DNA of 45,232 nt from NCBI GenBank assembly GCA_036397915.1, contig DASWIB010000203.1, positions 1 to 45,232 of the forward strand, in the 5' to 3' direction. Made by a program: the position numbers and the translations under genes. Shown here piece by piece: positions 42,788-45,232 of this stretch. The DNA is from Thermoanaerobaculia bacterium (GTDB taxonomy: Bacteria > Acidobacteriota > Thermoanaerobaculia > UBA5066 > Gp7-AA6). Within the stretch, counting starts at the first letter, position 1. Each line of letters begins with the position of its first letter. The notes beneath the pieces are model-generated. The model was given only the letters and a program-made list of their open reading frames with translations, ran no database searches and was not told the origin of the DNA.

Positions 42788-43021
42788 CCCGCACTATTCA
42801 CGAACGACTCCGGCCGCCCCGCGGATCTTTTTCCGCCATGCGACGTCAGGCCTCCTCTGCGATGCGCCCCGGCATCGCCGTCGTCGGCCTTCCTTGCCTG
42901 GCGAAAGAATCTCTCGCGGGAACAAGATGTACCTGGACTCAGGGAAGTCATCGTGTCGCACGCCTCCCCGGCTCAGTCGCTTGCCCGTGTTTCGGCCGGG
43001 TGCTCATGAATAGTGCGGGCT
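42786..43021. repeat. 236-bp segment bounded by 15-bp perfect inverted repeats (AGCCCGCACTATTCA / TGAATAGTGCGGGCT)
   Basis: IR-L is at 42786-42800 and IR-R at 43007-43021. Similarity extends imperfectly about 5 nt further. The segment is sandwiched between family-A copies A7 and A10. No convincing ORF lies inside. Confidence 0.6.
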
Positions 43022-43079
43022 AGGCGAGAAGGTGTCCGAGTTTGTCGGCGGGGGGCTTTGCGGTGCCCCGCACCCCCTG
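43020..43079 (-). repeat. Family-A repeat, diverged copy A10
   Basis: ctaggcgagaaggtgtccgagtttgtcggcggggggctttgcggtgccccgcaccccctg. It has the same layout as A7, but the hairpin is degenerated. Confidence 0.65.
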
Positions 43080-43093
43080 ATTTCGGCCCGGCC

Positions 43094-44068
43094 ATGAGCG
43101 GGCCGGCGCCGGTCGTCGTCTCCGACCTCGTCCGAGTCTTCCGCGGGAAGACGGGGGAGATCCGCGCGGTCGACGGGCTCTCCTTCGAGGTGCCGCGCGG
43201 AACCCTTTTCGGTCTGCTCGGACCCAACGGCGCGGGTAAGACGACGACCCTGCGCATCCTGACGACTCTTCTCGCGCCGACTTCCGGGCTCGTGCGGGTG
43301 GCTGGCCACGATCCGGTCCGCGAAGGCTTCGCGGTGCGCCGGTCGATTGCCGCGGTGCTGCAGGACAACGCGTCCGAGCAGTTCCTTTCGGTTCGCGACA
43401 ACTTCCTGTGCTACGCGCGGCTCCACGGCCAGCCGCGGAAAGAAACCGATCGCCGCCTCTCCGAGGTCGCCGAGCGCTTCGGGTTGGCCGATGTACTCGC
43501 GGAGAAGGCGGCCGATCTGTCAGTCGGGATGAGGCGGCGCGTTCAGGTCGCCAAAGTGTTCCTGCTCGATTCGCCGATTCTGTTCCTGGACGAGGCGACG
43601 ACCGGCATGGACCCGCTCGTGAAGCGCGAGGTCCTGGACCGGATTCGCGAGGTCGCACGCGAGGGGCGCACGGTCGTGCTGACCACGCAGAACATGGACG
43701 AGGCGGAGCGGCTGTGCGACGAGATCCTGATCGTCGCCCGGGGCCGGGCAGTGGCTCGCGGGGACGTCGAGACAGTGAAGCGGCTGCACGCGCCGACGCT
43801 CGAGGTCCAGGTCTCCTTCGAGGAGCCGCCGCAGGATCTGACCGAGTTCCTCGCACCGTACCGTCCCCTGACGACGTCGTTCGAGGACGGCCGGCTGAAG
43901 GTATGCCTCGCCGGGTCGAGGCGCGACGCCGCGAACTTCCTCGCCGCGCTGGCCGCGCGCTATCGCGTCGCCGACTTCGAGGTCACTGCCGCGTCGCTCG
44001 AGGAGGCGTTCCTGGGGGCGATCGGAGGTCCGCAGCCCGCGGCCCGATCCGGCGAGGAGGAACGATGA
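43094..44068 (+). CDS. ABC transporter ATP-binding protein (ABC-2/DrrA-like)
   Basis: Walker A GPNGAGKTT, Q-loop, signature-like LSVGMRRR, and Walker B ILFLDEATTGMD. The start is placed at the ATG at 43094. Confidence 0.9.
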   Translation: MSGPAPVVVSDLVRVFRGKTGEIRAVDGLSFEVPRGTLFGLLGPNGAGKTTTLRILTTLLAPTSGLVRVAGHDPVREGFAVRRSIAAVLQDNASEQFLSVRDNFLCYARLHGQPRKETDRRLSEVAERFGLADVLAEKAADLSVGMRRRVQVAKVFLLDSPILFLDEATTGMDPLVKREVLDRIREVAREGRTVVLTTQNMDEAERLCDEILIVARGRAVARGDVETVKRLHAPTLEVQVSFEEPPQDLTEFLAPYRPLTTSFEDGRLKVCLAGSRRDAANFLAALAARYRVADFEVTAASLEEAFLGAIGGPQPAARSGEEER

Positions 44069-44841
44069 GCACGCCTTTCTTCCCGGCCTGGAGCCGACTG
44101 CTCGCGGTCGCGGGACGCGAGGTCCGATTCCGCTTCTCGAACTTCGGCTGGCTCTTCTGGGACCTCTGCTATCCGTCCGGATACCTGCTCGCCCTCGGGG
44201 CGGGCTTGTCGGGTCTCCTGGTCGGCGAGATCGCGGGAGGCTCGTACGCCGCGTTCCTCCTGCCGGGCATACTCGTCATGGCGGGGCAGACGCTCGCGGT
44301 CAACTCCTCCTGGGCGCTGTTCATGGACCGGGACAACGGGATCCTGTTCGAGCACCTGACCTACCCGCTCAAGCGCGCGGATTTCCTCGGGGGAAGACTT
44401 CTCTTCAACGTCGGGATGGCGGCGCTGCAGGCGATCATCCTGGTCGTTGCGGCGGCATTCGTTCTCGAGGTGCCGATCGGTCCGGGAAGCGCTGCCGCCC
44501 TCGTCCTCGGAGCCGTCGCGTCGGTTCCGTTCTGGTTCTTCGGTCTCTTTGCGGCGGCGATTCAGATTCGCCGAATCGACGCCTACAGCACGTTCCTGAA
44601 CGTCGTGTTCCTGGGCGCGCTGCTCCTCTCTCCGGTCTTCTATCCGCTCGACCAGATGCCCGGCTGGTTCCGGGCGATCGCGTGGGCAAACCCGCTGACG
44701 TGGTCGGTCGACGTGCTGCGCGCAGTCGCGTTCCGCGGCGCCAGCGGGGGGAGGGTCGCCTTGGAGGTGGCCGCCTACGCCCTCGCAACCGCGCTCGCGT
44801 TCGCGTGGGCGCTCAAGAGCCTCCGGACCGCGCTGCGATAG
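44065..44841 (+). CDS. ABC-2 type transporter permease
   Basis: The ATG overlaps the ATPase stop (ATGA). The product is 258 aa with about 6 hydrophobic helices and the ABC-2 layout. Confidence 0.8.
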   Translation: MSTPFFPAWSRLLAVAGREVRFRFSNFGWLFWDLCYPSGYLLALGAGLSGLLVGEIAGGSYAAFLLPGILVMAGQTLAVNSSWALFMDRDNGILFEHLTYPLKRADFLGGRLLFNVGMAALQAIILVVAAAFVLEVPIGPGSAAALVLGAVASVPFWFFGLFAAAIQIRRIDAYSTFLNVVFLGALLLSPVFYPLDQMPGWFRAIAWANPLTWSVDVLRAVAFRGASGGRVALEVAAYALATALAFAWALKSLRTALR

Positions 44842-44857
44842 GTTCGACGGAGCCGGG

Positions 44858-45199
44858 ATGATCGCACGGATCTGGCACGGGTGGACGATCCGCGAGAACG
44901 CGGCCGCCTACGAGGAGCTCCTGAAAGGCGAGATCCTGCCGGGGATCGCGAACCGGCACATCCATGGGCTCCGCGGCGCGCACCTTTTGAGGCGCGACGT
45001 GCCCGAGGGCGTCGAGTTCGTCACGATCCTGTGGTTCGACTCGCTCGATGCGGTGCGCGAACTCGCCGGCGAAGACTACGAGGCGGCCGTCGTGCCGGAG
45101 AAGGCGAGGCAGCTGCTCATCCGTTTCGACGCCCGCTCCGCGCACTACGAGACGGTGCTCTCGCCTTTCCAAACGACGAACCGACCATATTTATGGTAA
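44858..45199 (+). CDS. ABM/Dabb-fold (antibiotic biosynthesis monooxygenase-like) small protein
   Basis: 113 aa. MIARIWHGWT...AAYEELL...VEFVTILWFDSLDAVRELAG fits the ferredoxin-like ABM pattern. Confidence 0.5.
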   Translation: MIARIWHGWTIRENAAAYEELLKGEILPGIANRHIHGLRGAHLLRRDVPEGVEFVTILWFDSLDAVRELAGEDYEAAVVPEKARQLLIRFDARSAHYETVLSPFQTTNRPYLW

Positions 45200-45232
45200 T
45201 ATTCCTTTCCATATGAAGACCACGGTTGACCT

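Noticed and set aside
45214-45232. An ATG at 45214 (MKTTVD...) after an AT-rich stretch could be the start of the next gene.
   Set aside because: Only 6 codons are visible before the window ends, so it cannot be evaluated.

Overview
This is a high-GC (roughly two-thirds G+C by eye) bacterial chromosome segment covering the replication-origin neighbourhood. Almost all of it is recognisable housekeeping sequence.

**Minus strand, 1-15.7 kb:**
- A partial XRE/antitoxin-type gene at the window edge.
- ATP synthase genes atpD-atpG-atpA-atpH-atpF-atpF'. No a, c or epsilon subunit genes are present.
- A bactofilin, then parB-parA, rsmG-mnmG-mnmE and jag-yidC-yidD-rnpA-rpmH.

**Plus strand, 15.9-33.2 kb:**
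- dnaA, an AT-rich oriC-like spacer, dnaN, recF, an intein-interrupted gyrB, and gyrA.
- A catalytically degenerate transaldolase-like gene coupled to a small DUF507-like gene.
- pdxR-pdxS-pdxT, an enoyl-CoA hydratase, and a NAT-like fusion protein.

**Minus strand, 33.4-38.5 kb:**
- An MBL hydrolase.
- A 965-aa outer-membrane protein that fuses a peptidase-MA domain, PD40 repeats and an Omp85 barrel.
- A secreted protein of unknown function and a small TPR lipoprotein.

**Plus strand, 38.7-45.2 kb:** dprA, topA, an ABC-2 exporter pair and an ABM-fold protein.

No rRNA, tRNA or CRISPR array was found.

**Most notable non-standard content:**
1. A ~59-nt repeat family built around the hairpin GGGGGACC-GCAA-GGTCCCCC has 10 copies. 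One copy sits in frame inside the mnmE G-domain. Others supply the TAG stop codons of parB and topA.
2. A 568-aa LAGLIDADG intein splits the GyrB Toprim motif IM/TDADVDG. It has Ser1 and Thr+1 and carries an embedded XRE-like HTH module.
3. A second palindromic repeat family (TGTCATCCCGAGCGAAGCGAGGGATC) fills several intergenic spacers. It includes a 5 x 28-bp spacerless tandem array abutting the gyrA start.
4. A transaldolase-fold protein has lost its Schiff-base lysine.
5. An Omp85 barrel carries a peptidase and a beta-propeller in place of POTRA domains.

All family assignments come from reading motifs by eye and from memory. No database search was run.
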